NCBI GenBank assembly: GCA_016748015.1
Contig: JAAOMT010000009.1
Coordinates: forward strand, 824,459-888,458
Length of the DNA stretch: 64,000 nt
Direction of reading: 5' to 3'
Source: Geosiphon pyriformis uo1
Lineage: Eukaryota; Fungi; Glomeromycota
Below the pieces are notes generated by a model. That model saw only the letters and a list, made by a program, of their open reading frames with translations, was not told the DNA's origin and ran no database searches. Below, piece after piece: positions 1 through 16,403 of the stretch. Position 1 is the stretch's first letter. Every line of letters starts with the position of its first letter. The position numbers were made by a program, and so were the translations under genes.

Positions 1-3000
1 ATTATCTAATTAATGTTTATATCTAAAAAAAGTATAAAAAAACAGTATTATTGACTGAAGATAAAAAATTTTTCATAAACACTAATATTAAAAAACAAGA
101 ATTTTATTTAAATCAGACTATAATAATTAAAAAAATTCTCATAAACATGTTAAAAGAAATAATTATTGCAGCTCTTTTCAAGTTTGGTCAAGTAGTATTA
201 ATCTGTTTATAATTAATTGGACTGTAACAAAAAACTGTAATAGAGTTTGTTAAATTGACTTAAACAAATTAATTAGTGGCAAAATAGTCATTTTTAATTG
301 AAAAAGACTCTGTACATATAGCCAAAACCATAAAAAATTGTAATATTTGAATGTTAAAAAATTAATTTAGGTGTTTTTGTTTACTCTATCAGTAAAAACA
401 ACTGCTTATAATTTTAATACTCTATTAAAAAAGACTAGTAGAAAAACTTACATTATAAATTGATTATTTAAAACTGACAACAGAATTCACTGTATTGTAA
501 TTAGTTTTGAATCAAATAAAAAGTTAGAGTTTGTCTTTTATACAAAACCAATTTTTGGTGGTGTAAAACTCTTTTGAGTTAGGTTGGATTTGGTTTGATG
601 TAAAAAATATGGACAGTTTAGTCATTTTGCTTTGGAGTATAGTGTATTTGGTTTTCTTAATTCTCTATTTGTGAAAGTATTTAAAAAGTTTGTTTTAAAT
701 AAAAATTATCTTTATCTTGCCAAGTTATATGTTAAAAAAAATGTTTATATCTTTTGCTTTGTTGCTTTTAATGACAAATCTTGGGCTTAAATAGTCTTAA
801 TAGCTTTTGTCTTCAATAATTTGCTCTTTAGTTCTGGTTTTGGTTTTTTTCTCCTTGATGCTTTGGGTTTTAATAAAATTTTTTCTTTTACTTTACCAAA
901 TAACTCTTCTTTAAATGCTTATTTGGCTTTTCTGAAATTTTTTTTGGAGCTTTTAGTAAATCAAGTGTTTAGTATTATGCAAAAATTAAGCTTTATAGAT
1001 CTGGTACTTTTAATATCTACTTTTCAATTCCTCTTTTTTACTAGGTCTGTATCTTTGAATTCGAATTTGAATCTAAATATAGTTCTGAATGACATATTTA
1101 TATTGCTTATTATCTTTCTTTCAATTATAATTAAAAAGACTTCAGATTTGGGTTTGAACAAATCAAAAATTTTAACCACCAAATTAGATGGCTTAAAAAC
1201 AAAAATGATTGTTCTCAAAATTTTTGTCAACTTGGTTTTGACAAAGTTGGATCAATTGTGAATTGGCTTGAATTTTCTGGTGCTTTTTTTATCTCAATGA
1301 GTGATCTGGTTTAAAAATTTGCTACATGTAATATTTAAGATATCAATTTTTTGCCAAGCAAAAAAACATTATTCATTGGCATATAAAATTAGGTAATATG
1401 GTTTCAATTATTATGAAAACAAAATTAAGGTTTAGTATTAAACCATAGATTATAAGCAAGTTTAATAAAATGTAAATCTTTATGTCTGGTTTAAATAAAG
1501 CTTTCTTGATACTAAAATAATCATTATTATAAACAATTTACTGGCTTAACATGTTTTTAAAATAGAAAAAATTTCTGATCAAGTTATTTCAGTAAGACTT
1601 TTGTTCAAAGATAAATTGTCAATTATAATTTTGGGTTTATATACTGGTGCTTTTACTAAGATTAGGCTTGATTAAGCATTAAAAGTTAATTTTTTTATTG
1701 TTAAGATAATTAATTCCAGTACTTTTATAGTATTAAGTGAAAATTTCAATAAAAATAGTTCAAAAAAGAATGCAAGCTTCAAGTTTTGTGTAGATCTAGG
1801 GTTAATTAACTTATTTTATGGATATTCATTAGTTAAGACTCTTATTTGAAGCAATTTCAGAAGCATCAAAAGATTATTAACTTTATTTTTATAAACCAAA
1901 ATCTTACATTTATAGTTGTTAACCATAAAGCTAATATTATGTTTGAGTTTTTTAATATTAATTACAAAGCAGTTTTAGTTGCAGTCAGCTTGGATGGTTT
2001 TTTAAACATTTATCTTAATAATAATTATAAACAAACTAATAGAAATAGATAAAAGTTTAAGATTAAAAATGCTAATAGTAATAAATAGTCATAGTTCAGA
2101 AAGTGCTTATTGAACAGATTCTTAAAAAAGATAACTGGATTTAACAGAACAAAAGATTATGGTAATTTGGATACAATATAAAAAATTATAAAGAAAATAG
2201 TGATAAGCTTTGCTGACAAAATATTTTCTAGGCTTTGGTTTAGTAAGTTCAAATTTTCAAAAAACAAACAATTATTGAAGTTTTTTAAGCTAGAGTTGTT
2301 GGTGGCCAAAATTGTAAAGAGCTTAGATCAAAATCAGATTTCAAAAACTGATCACTTTATTGATATCTAAATTATCATTAATAAAAAAAAGCTCTTAGAA
2401 TATATATTATATTTAATAATAATAAAAGTTTGAAGAGAATTCTATATTATCTGTTAAGAATCAAGAAAATATATCATAAATCCAAATATTATGAATCTAA
2501 AATTGCCAAAAATAATCTTATTAGAAAGACTATAAACAGCCATATGAAAAAATTTTGTTTTAATAAAAAAAAATGATTAAGAGTGTTTTGGATCGACTAT
2601 TTTAAAAAATAATACTTGACTATTTAATAGTTAATAATGAGTTAATTCTAAAATCTTGTGAAGTCAAATCTATAATTAACACAATTATAGAAAAATGAAT
2701 AAAAAAATGCATAATGTTTAGTGTTTTATCTAAGCAATAATCTACTCAATACACTTTTTTAAAGCATGTTAATAATATTTTTTTCTCAAAAATAATATAT
2801 AATATTAAGTTTGATAAGTTTTTACAATTTGTCAAGAATCTATCTAATGAAAAAGTTACTGATTTTTCTAGTATTTTTAATGAACTCTAAAAACATGATA
2901 ATAAACAGGTTTTAGATAGTTTATTAGATATTTTTAATGTGTATTTAGTGTTAAGTATAGTTTTTATATAATAAAAAAAAGCCTGAATTTTTATAATACC

Positions 3001-6000
3001 AAATTCATACAATTAAGAAGAGATTCTTATGAATACCAAACCAATTGTCTTAATTAAAACAGGTTGTAAAATCTTATCTAAAATTTTTTTAGATAGAATT
3101 TTTCTAGTTTGTAGTGATTTTAATGTTTTGTATAATAATAATTTCTTAGTTTTGAAAGGCATATTTACTTAAACCTCTATTTTTGCTGTTGGTTTTGTTA
3201 TTAAAAATGTATTGAAAAAAAACAAAAAGCTATGACTGGTTCTCTAGAATATTTGTAAAATGTACAATTTTGTTGGATAAAATCAATTAAAAAGCATTTT
3301 AATTAAGATTAAGATATGTTTTTGTTTTATTGAGTTTTTAGAAATATACACAATAATTAAACCAACCAAGTAATAACAAATTCTGGGCTTACCAAAGAGT
3401 ATATTATTCATAATAAACTAAATTAGAATAAAGTTTTTTTGCCATTACTATGAAGAATTTTTTATAATCTCTTGCTTTATAAGGTTAAAAGACATAATGA
3501 TTTGTATAGATACAAGTTAAATTTAAAATTTTTTATATGAATTGGCAAGTAGGACTTTAGAAGTAAAAAGACTTCTTATTTGGCAGCAAGTGTTTTTATA
3601 GATAATACAATTTGGGTTGAGAATAATATGTTCACTATTTAGTATATTTTAAATATAGCTGGCAAATTTTTCAAATCAATAATATTTTTATTAATATAGA
3701 CAAAACAGTTGCCATTTCTATTAATTGAAAAATAAAAGTTTTTTGGTTGTTGATAAGTAGTTTAAACATTTTTATAGCCAGAAAAAGTGAATTTTATAAA
3801 TACTTGTGTATTTTTTTATTTACTGATGGTTTTTTTAAACCAAGTCTTGTTAAAGCTCATTTAAATATCAAGGTTTTTACAAATTTGGTCTTAAAAAAAG
3901 TGGTATTTAACAAGCAATTTCTGTATTTGGTATTTGTTGTTTTATAACCAATAGTTAGTTACAGATTACAGTTTAATTATGCTTCAATAAATATTTGTAT
4001 AAAATAAGACAGGATGTTAAGAAAAAGGCTTAAGATTAAAGCCAATTTATTCAAAAATTTCTTCAATAAAACAATCTTTTATTCTAAGTTGTATAATCTA
4101 AAGACATTTAAGTAAATAGAAGCTGAAAATTTTCTGATGAATTTGATAATTTTTGCTAACTTAAATGACATTTTCAGCAGATTGTTTGAATACAGAACTA
4201 TGAATTTGCAAGCTGTCAACTGAATGCTTCAGCAACTTTTGTGTTTTTTGATCATATTATTGATTAATCTTATGAATTGCTTTTTGGTTAATATAACCAA
4301 TATTTTGATGATGTGTAAATTATCTTTAAGTAATAATTTGCTAAATGTTTTCTGAATTAGTAATATCACTGTTGCAGATGTTTTGGACTTGGAATAGTAT
4401 TTGAGTGTAGTAAATTTGCTAAAAAAATTTGATATTATTTTTGCAAACCAATTGTTAGATTGTTATAGCATGTGTTTCATGTAAAACAACTTTTACAAAT
4501 AAAAGAAACTGGATTCCAGAAGTTTGATTCTTAATTAGTTTAGTTTGTTGGTAAAGTTTATTAAAAATGACAGTTTGGTTGGCAGTAATAATCTAACTTC
4601 TCATTTTTTTTTTGGTTACTGCTTTGGCAAATTTGGTTATGTTAATAAACATTTTATAAAAAATGGATCAAATAAAATAGTTGTTTATATAGATGTTTTA
4701 ATTAAGAGTTTAAAATCTGTTTACACTTGTAGTAATATTGCTGTCTATTTTTTAAATATTGACATAAGTGTAAGAATAAAAGTGTATAGCTTGCTCTCTT
4801 CAACTCTGGAAAAATTGCAAGTTATTACTTTTGCCTTAGAATGTGTTCCAGTGTCTAGCTCAATTGTCTTGTTTATAAATAGTTAGGTGTCTTTAAATAT
4901 AAATGCCTTAATTAAAAAGTTTATTAGTCTCAATTTTCATGTTAAATGCTGGATAAAAAGAAAACAAATTCACCAAATCATTAAGTTTAAGAATTTTTTA
5001 GTCAATTAAAATAAAATCAAAGATTATTTTGAGATTATTGGCAATAAACATGCTAATTTTTTTGCCAATATTGCCACTATGTCTGATTTTATACTGCCTA
5101 TTAAGGTGTTATACCACTTTTTAGCTATTAAAAACAGATTTATTTTTAAAAATATCTATTATTTTGTTAAATGTCTTTTTAATATTATCAGTTTTGTTAA
5201 TTGGAATTCCAAATATGTTGATAATATTGTAGATAATATTCTGTATAACATGATTAATATAAGTAAAACATTTAGTATATGATATTCTGATGGTCAAATT
5301 CAATCTGGTTTTATTAATTTTGCTTCTTTAGCTTTTTGGTCTTATTTTATAAAAGCTCTGCACTACTAATTATCTGTGGTCAAAAAAAAAAATTATATAA
5401 TTTAAGCTATTTTAATGTGTTATATATTAAATATTGATTGGTATTACTTATAAAAAAATACAAAAAAAGAAAGCTAAAAAAACAAATAAAAAAATAGATC
5501 AATAGAAAAATAGTACTTAACACATAAACACAATGTTAGAAAATTATAACACATTGCTTAGTAATATGCATATTACTAATAAATTATAACATACTGCTTA
5601 ATAATATGAACAATATCAGTAAATTATAATATACTGCTTAGCAATATAAATAATATTAGTAAAATTAGAGCATATTGCTTAAAAAAATATAAGATCTCAT
5701 AGAACAAAAAATATGTATATATAGCAAGAGTATTAGAAACAAAAAAAGCAGAATCCAATTTAGAATCAATACTTACAATTCCTTAATTATCTCATACCTT
5801 TTTTTTAAAAGGTAGTTTTTTACAACTTGAAGCAGAATCAAATTACATATTAATAAAATAACAATTATTATTTGAATTCATGTTATCATTACTTGATTAA
5901 AGAATATTAATCATCTTTATTTTATCAACATAAAGTGTTAATAAAATTTAACACTTAATTATATTAGAACAATAGCTCTTGATTATGGCTATTAATAGAA

Positions 6001-7064
6001 TACTAATTTCATTTTTTCTTTTATTTTCTTTTATTTCTTTTATTTTCTTTTATTTTATTGCATTTGTTGTTTATTAACTGACTAAAAGAATTAAGCTTTA
6101 AGTAATTTAACATCAAAAATAGTCTAGTAAAAGACCTAAAAATAAGGGTATAGAACTCAAAAATTGAGAATAGCTTACCAAAAGAGCACAACTGTCAGAA
6201 TAAACTGGCCACTACACTAAAAAAAAATTTAATGAAATAATTATTCCAAGAGACTACTAAAACAATCATTAAATTTCTGTCTATTATATAAAAAACTCTA
6301 CCAAAATCTTCAGATATTAATACTACCAGCTATTAAACATCAAGTTACAGATTTGTTATTTGTACCAACTTCTCAAATATTTATTTGTAATATTGATTAA
6401 AAACTTAGACCACATATTTTCTTGTATTTATGATAATAACACTAGAAAAAATTTAATTTTAAAGACTATTGAAATTTAGACTAATTTATTGAACACATGT
6501 ATTATTGACAATATAGTAATTTAATCTCTGTATAAAACTGAATCTTCTAATTGTTTGTACATATTGCTAGTCAAAGGCTTTATAATAAAAAAGTAAATAA
6601 TTAACATAATATATTTATTGAGTAGTAATTTTAATAGTGTATTGTTAGTTATCAAATTGGTCCAGAATTTTACTAAGAATTACAAATCTACTATGTGATT
6701 GACAACTGTTAAGCTAAAAGTGCATTATAAAAAATATAGTTTTCTGTTACATAATAAATTTGTAATATTAATCATATTAGATTTAATATTTTTGTGATTC
6801 TTTAATATTATTTATGATTTTGGTATTAGATTAGGAGTTTATGTTTATTTTGGTTTATATTCTTATTTGTTTAGTATACATTTCGGTTTTTTGCATGACT
6901 TTTTGATTGTAGATAGTTTAAATGCTTAGTGTTATTTTAATTAGTCTAAATAGCTGATTATATATAAAAAAAACATGAGTTATATTTAATATAAAAGCTT
7001 GTATAGTTTTATGATTTTAGACAATAATTAAACTATACTTATTAAATGCATAATAAAAAAAAAA
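1..7064 (+). mobile_element. Heavily decayed non-LTR retrotransposon (LINE copy 1; ORF1 + APE-RT-RNase H-CCHC ORF2), 5' end outside window, interrupted by a solo LTR at 5442-6392
   Basis: Colinear with LINE copies 2 and 3. ORF1 end and ORF2 start overlap at ATGA 1297-1300. Remnants: APE start (FATCN), RT (PIVLI..CKILSKI; FIDNTIW), RNase H (VYIDVL..KLQVITFAL..IIGNKHANF), CCHC tail (LDHIFSC at ~6405). 3' UTR aligns with copies 2/3 and ends in A10 at 7055-7064. Many premature stops. Confidence 0.88.
5442..6392 (+). mobile_element. Solo LTR related to Gypsy family 1
   Basis: Starts TATTACTTAT and ends TGTAATA (mutated TG..CA). The 3' half matches family-1 LTRs (ACAATAGCTCTTGATTATGGCTATTAAT; CAACTGTCAGAATAAA). 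TSD is TTGG/TTGA. Removing the LTR restores the LINE CCHC reading. Confidence 0.8.
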
Positions 7065-9500
7065 TTCAGTTAATAATTAGATTAATAATTTAGTCAATAA
7101 TTAAATTAAAAATAAAATAATTAATGAATAATATTAGTGACTAATATATATAATTAATTATAAATAAATAAATAAATAAAAGCTAAAAAATAAAAGTTTT
7201 AATTATAATAATACTATTGTTTATGATTTTTTAAAAAAAATTAATAAAAAAATAGTTATATATCATATTTAATTATTTTTAATAATAAATTTTATATAGA
7301 AATAATTTTTTCTAATTATGTTTTTAATTTTATTAATATTTTAGATATTTTTATAATTGAAACTTTTTTTGAGTTTTTATTTTTTATTTTAAATATTAAA
7401 TTAAATATATTAAAACAAAATATAAAACTTTTATTAAATAAAATATTAAAAATATTTTTTAAATTAAATACTTTGCTTTTATTTTTTATTTTTGTATAGT
7501 TTATTGCTTTATTTTTTAGTTTTGAGTTTAAATATAGTATTAAATATGCTTTTTAAAAAAATTATTAATATATTATTTATAAATTTTAGTGTTTTTAATT
7601 TTTTAGTGTTTAAATTAAAATAAATTAAGTTTTAATATTTATAAAAATATTAATATTTAAAAGTTTTTTACCAAATACAACTTTTTTTTAAGATATTAAT
7701 TTTAATAATATTAATATTAAAAAAAAAGAAGTTTAATATTGTTTTTTTATCAAAATTAATTAAGCCAAAACAGTTTTAAAAACTTTAAGTATTTTAAAAT
7801 AAATAATACAAATTAACAGATTTTAATTTAATATTAATAATTTTATTAAAACTTTAAAAAATTTTTTAATATTGTTAATTCTATTATTTATAAAAATTAT
7901 TAAATTTTTAATTAGCTATTTATTTTTAAAATATAAAAAGATATTTTAATTTATATATGTTGTTAAATTTATAATAAAATAATTAATTTTGTGCCAATTA
8001 TTTAATATAATTACTTAGTAAAAAAATTAATTTTTTACAAAAATTTTAATTGTAAATTTTTTAATATTTAGTTTTTCTATAGTAAAAATAACTTTTTACA
8101 GAAAATTTTCTATTATAAACTTTTTAATAACACAAAAAAAAATGTTTTTTATTTAAATTTAAAATAATTAAATTATTTACTAAAATTAACAACTAATTAA
8201 TTTTAAAGTATTAGTTAAAATTGTAAATTATAAAACAGTTTAATTATAAAAAAGTTTTAATTTTTAAAATAAAAATTTATTTTGTTAATTTGTAATAATT
8301 AATTAATTGACTGACAATTTAATAAATTAATAAATCAATATATTTTTCAAAAAAACTTTTTTTTATATATTTTATTTTGAATTTTAAGTTTTTTTGTTAA
8401 TATTTTATAATATTCAATGTTTTGTTAAATATTTTTTAATATTATAAGTTGTATTTAATAAAAAGCTAAATTTAGTATTTAAATTATTAATATATTTTTA
8501 ATTTAAAATATTAATTAAATTTACTTGGCTTTAATTATCATTTAAATTTACAAATAATTACAAATTTTATACAATAATTGTTAATAATATTTAAAAAAAT
8601 CATATAATATAATATATTTTAGCATTTTATGTATTTATTATAACAAAATAAAAAATTTTGGTTATGTTTTTATATGTAAAAAAATGCTGTTATTTGTAAA
8701 AAATTGTTTATAAAACAAAATATAATTTAAAATTTATTGATAAAACCAATATTTTTATATTTTTAATGCTATAATCTTTGGTATTTTAAGATTTTATTGG
8801 TTTTTAATAATAGTAAAATTGTAGTTTTTAAGCTAATTGGTTTAATTTACAATTTAATTATTAGTTATAAAAATAAATATCTAATTATTAAATATTAAAT
8901 TAAAGTTTATAATAAAAAATAATAATTTGTTAATATAAATTTTTTTTTAAAATTTATGATTTTATTGTTGTTTTATTTAAAAAAATTGTTTATATACTTA
9001 ATATATTAAAGTTATTATATAAATAACTAATTATATATAAATTGTGTTTAATTTAAAATATTTTTCTATTATATTGTATTAAATAATAATTAGACTATAT
9101 TTATTAAACAAAAAAAATAACAACTTTATTATTAACTTGTAATTAAAGTTTTAAATTAATTCTAATTAATTGTTTTTAATAAAGAAAAAAATAAATGATT
9201 TTAATAATTAAAAATTGCTTTATTTTTGTATTATTTAAAAAAACAGTTTAGCAAAGTGTTATTTAATTGTTTTTATACTTAAAAAAACTTTTTGGATAAT
9301 TGCACTATTAAAAACCACAATAAAATAATAGTTGTTTTATTATTATTTTGTTTGTGGTTATAAAAATACAAAAAAGAAAAAGTTTAATTTTTTTGTTTAT
9401 TAATAATTGTATAATTGTTGATTAAGTTTAAAATAAAAACTTATATATAAATTAATTAAAATACTTTTTAAATATAATACTCTGTGATAATATTTATCAA
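7065..9500. repeat. Ultra-AT-rich desert, probably mutationally eroded repeats
   Basis: Roughly 90% AT, no CpG seen, no ORFs. Similar tracts at ~19050-19980, 20890-23800, 25400-27600, 31200-32550 and 55120-56588. Confidence 0.6.
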
Positions 9501-9789
9501 ATAATCATTTGAAATGATAATTGGTTTGATGTAATTATTCAACTTGAAAACTTAAGATGTTTTTAATATCTTGAAACCTTAGCAAAATTGGTCTGTGCCC
9601 AAGCGATCGAATTTGACACAGATAGTTTAACCAGATTATGTCGTTTATTAAGGATTTACAGTTCTCAGAACCTACAGACTAAGGAAAGTGCTATTATCAT
9701 AATTAATACAAAACGGACACTGCTAGAAATGTCAAAACTAGTTTAAAGGACGATTACTTATTTAAATTTAAAGCCTCTTTCGCATTTCA

Positions 9790-10305
9790 TTACGATTTAG
9801 GCTTGAGTAGCTTCAATAATCCGTCAAGCTTTCCCGCGAGAGCCAAGTTACCCTTAACCTTCAGCTTGCCTAAAATCAAAGCCTTTGGACCTAAAAAATC
9901 ATTAAGAGAGCAAGTTATAACTGCACGAGGCTGAATAAACAATTAATTGAATAAAAACTGGTAAATACCATTCAACTTCCCAGAATATAAGTCGACAAAC
10001 GTATTATCAGCCATTGTAAGGACAATATCAGGTTTCTCTTTACCGGGACCTATTTGAACAGTACCATTTTTTTTCAAATCCATCGTCCAAACTTGCTCGT
10101 TACCTTCAGGATTCTTTATGCGAAATTCAAAAATTCCTTTTGCCTATTGAAATCATATTAATAAAATGAGTCATGAGGTACTTTTCAACTTGAATAATCA
10201 TTAATAGTATACCTTGCTCATAGGGTCTTTCGGGTTGGCTTCAATTTTTGATTTTAAAGCTTCAAAGACGGCTGATGATTTGTATCCCGGGACGTTAACC
10301 GACAT
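9790..10305 (-). CDS. Sterol carrier protein 2 (SCP2)-like lipid-binding protein, 3 exons
   Basis: Spliced translation MSVNVPGYKSSAVFEALKSK..|AKGIFEFRIKN..WTMDLKKNG..PDIVLTMADNTFVDLYSGKLNG|PKALILGKLKVKGNLALAGKL..KPKS*. GT-AG introns; typical SCP2 motifs. Missed by the ORF track. Confidence 0.88.
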
Positions 10306-10549
10306 TTTCAATAACCAAAAGGTTTAAATAATAAGTTGGATACCGCAGTAGCTTCCTTATAAAGCAAATCGACCTTGATGTTGTTGTGAAAAACTTATTA
10401 AACTTGAAACAAAATTTAAAACATCATATTCAGAGATCAAAACTTGGTATTATCATTGTGGGAACTTGGCAAGTCTATTGAAGCATCAGTAAATTGATAA
10501 CTTTTCTTTAAATATTAATTAATTCGATAAATCATCAAATTATAATTAA

Positions 10550-11170
10550 TCAATTACTTGATGGGCCTTGTATTATCATCAACCAGGCGTCTCTTCCGTC
10601 CTGATAATAATCCTTAATCGATTTTCCAAAGACTTTGAAGCCGAAATTCCGATATAAATTTATGGCACCTTTTCTATTTACATCCACATACAATTCAGCA
10701 TTGCTTTTCTTTGGGACCCCTGTCTTTTCTAATCCCATTTGCAATAAACAGGTACCTATTCCATTTCTTCGCATCGAACTGTTGACACAAAGCTTTAAAA
10801 TATGTGTGATTGGCAGCGGATGAGAAGAGTGATAAGAGTATATTAGATAGCCAGCAATTTCCAAATGTTTTTTATCTTTTGGCTCATTGTCGGCTTCACG
10901 CAGTGATAGCATTTTTTTCTTTCTGGGGTTGCTTTCCTTGGATTCCACAAATCGCCCCAATGAAGCAGTCAATCCTTCAATTTCTTTTTCATAGTAAGCA
11001 ATCAACATTGTATTGGTTTTTTTCCCGATTATTTCTTTTATCTGCATCACTTCATTCTTTGGGAATGTTTTACGTTCCATCGACTCAATTTGTTGCACAA
11101 TTGAATCATGATGTCTTGCTAATGCCTTTGTTGGAAAAATAGAAAGCTTTAAATTTCGAGGCAAATTCAT
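10550..11170 (-). CDS. GNAT-family (RimI-like) N-acetyltransferase, single exon
   Basis: 206 aa ORF with acetyl-CoA motif VNSSMRRNGIGTCLL, NRKGAINLYRNFGF and C-terminal DYYQDGRDAWLM. Confidence 0.85.
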   Translation of the reverse strand: MNLPRNLKLSIFPTKALARHHDSIVQQIESMERKTFPKNEVMQIKEIIGKKTNTMLIAYYEKEIEGLTASLGRFVESKESNPRKKKMLSLREADNEPKDKKHLEIAGYLIYSYHSSHPLPITHILKLCVNSSMRRNGIGTCLLQMGLEKTGVPKKSNAELYVDVNRKGAINLYRNFGFKVFGKSIKDYYQDGRDAWLMIIQGPSSN

Positions 11171-11279
11171 TTATTTGAACATGTGATTAAAAAAAATGAT
11201 CTGCAAGATTGCATTTAAAAAAAGATTGGGACAATAGAAATTTAAAACCTTGCTTTTTGCATAATTAAAAGAGCGCCGT

Positions 11280-12929
11280 ATGTCTAATATTACTACCCGT
11301 CGAACTTCTCAAAGATTAGCTGTTGCTGCCGCGAGTGGTAATGCCCCCGGCGTTATTGGTACTATTGAAACCGAATTTAAGACGGAAATCGGTCAAGTTC
11401 AAAAGCTGGGAAAGAGTAGAGTAAAAACGGTGAAAAAAGAATTTCTAGAGCCTGATATCGTAAAGATAAAACAAGAAACTTTAGAGGAGGCTAAAAAACA
11501 TGTTAAAACAGAACAGGAATCAGCCGCTTACAATGACGAACTAGAAAATCCTCAAAAGCGAAGAAAGACAAACAAGCAGGAACCAGGTCAAACCCAAGAA
11601 GTGATGTTTGTTGAGCGTCTACAGAACGTGACGAAATATATTGGTGCTCACGTTAGCGTTGCGGGTGGAGTTCATAACGCTATAACAAATAGTCTAAATA
11701 TTGGGTCAAAGGCTTTTTAATTTTTTAATTTGGTTTATTCTCGAATCATAATTGAAATTATTTCAATATTATTACAGCGGTAATGCGTTCGCAATATTCC
11801 TCAGAAATCAACGTAGGTGGGTGTCACCCCCTTTGAATCCCGAACACATTTCCGCGTTCAACATGAAGTGTGCAGAACATTCCTATTCAACAAAACATAT
11901 CTTGCCACATGGAAGCTATCTAATAAATCTCGGCAATCCTGATAGCGAAAAGAGGGAAAAAAGTTATGCTGGTTTTTTAGATGAGCTTAAACGTTGCGAA
12001 AACTTAGGGCTTAGCTTATATAATTTTCAGTATTTATTCAAAATTCTATTTGTTAGTTCTCGATTTAGAAATCATCTATTTTATTGATTCCTGTATTTAT
12101 TGTTTTTGATTTTAAGCCCAGGATCCACAGTAGGACAATGCAGCATTGACGAATCAATCAAACATATTTCTGATTGTATCAATAGAGCCCACAAGGAGAC
12201 TTCAAGCGTTGTGTGTGTCATTGAAAATATGGTAATTGGATTTCCGCTCATAACTTCATTTCATATTCTGTTACTTAGATGAATTTTCAAATAGGCCGGT
12301 TCAGGAAATGTGATAGGAAGTAAATTTGAAGAATTGGGCAAAATAATATCCAGGGTTGAAAGTAAGAATCAACATATATTTTTTAAGAATATATCTTTTC
12401 TTATTTAGATGAACTCGTTTAGATAAAAAAAGAGTCGGTATTTGCCTAGATACTTGCCACACTTTTGCCGCGGTGAATATACCTTCTATGGGTTGTCTTT
12501 ACGAGAATATAACTAATGAGAGGTAATTAATGAATTTATTTTACATAGGGTTACGATCTTAGGACAAAAATCGCGTATGAGTCTACCATGGAAGAATTTG
12601 CTCGTCATGTAGGATTTGAATATCTTCGTGGGATGCATTTAAATGATTCCAAAACTGAGTTGGGATCGTCACGGGATAGACATGAGAATATAGGCAAAGG
12701 TTTTTTGGGATTAGAGGCTTTCCGCCTTTTGATGAATGATAATCGATTGGATGGAATACCTTTAATACTAGAGACCCCTCTACCAGATGCTAATACTTGG
12801 CAAAAGGAAATTAGACTTCTTTATAGTTTAATTGGAAAAGTTGAGGGTGAAATTCTGGTGACCAAAGACGATGATGTGGATCAACCGAAAAAGGAAGTTC
12901 GTGATAAAAAGCTTAAAAAAGAACTTTAA
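11280..12929 (+). CDS. APN1: AP endonuclease (endonuclease IV family), multi-exon
   Basis: Motifs across exons: IGAHVS, HGSYLINL, YNFH|PGS, ENM|AG, CLDTCHTFAA, HLNDSK, DRHENIG, LILETP. Lys-rich N- and C-termini. Confidence 0.95.
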
Positions 12930-13193
12930 TTTCGAAATTTTGATGCAAATATAGCACCATATTATCATCCAAATAAAGATCGATGTGATGAATTCAGGTC
13001 AATAATTAAAGATCTACTAGATCTATCAACATATTTAATAATTACCTTTTGAGATCAAGACAAGTTTAATCTATGGTTTCTGAGCACTAAAAGAGAAGGT
13101 AGCATGCGGGTGCTTTTTCCCTCAATTCTTAAGTTTTTGCGTTCATATAGATAGGAGATTCTCCATAAATCCATTTGGCAAAGGGGATCAATA

Positions 13194-16100
<2,907 letters not shown>

Positions 16101-16403
16101 AATTGAACAATCCGTAAGGATATTTACTTTTGGTTATATTTTTGAATTAAAAACCAAGAATTAAAATATATTTAGAGTGTAAGTTGTTCCACAATAGTAT
16201 GTAGGACAAGTAGAATGTGTATTATTAAAACTTGATGGCGTTCCAAAATTGATGTGATCCATAAATTCATCATCGTATATATGTAAAAAAAATCTTCCTA
16301 TCTTATGAAGTCATGAAACATCATTGATAAATCCTAGGGGAATTAAGGAATAGGTTTTAAAGTCAACCGCGAAAAAGGTGAATTAAACTAAAATCATTCA
16401 AAC

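Noticed and set aside
11280-12929. APN1 as a component of the hypermutation system
   Set aside because: Ordinary housekeeping gene in a mixed-function island; proximity gives no evidence of a link.
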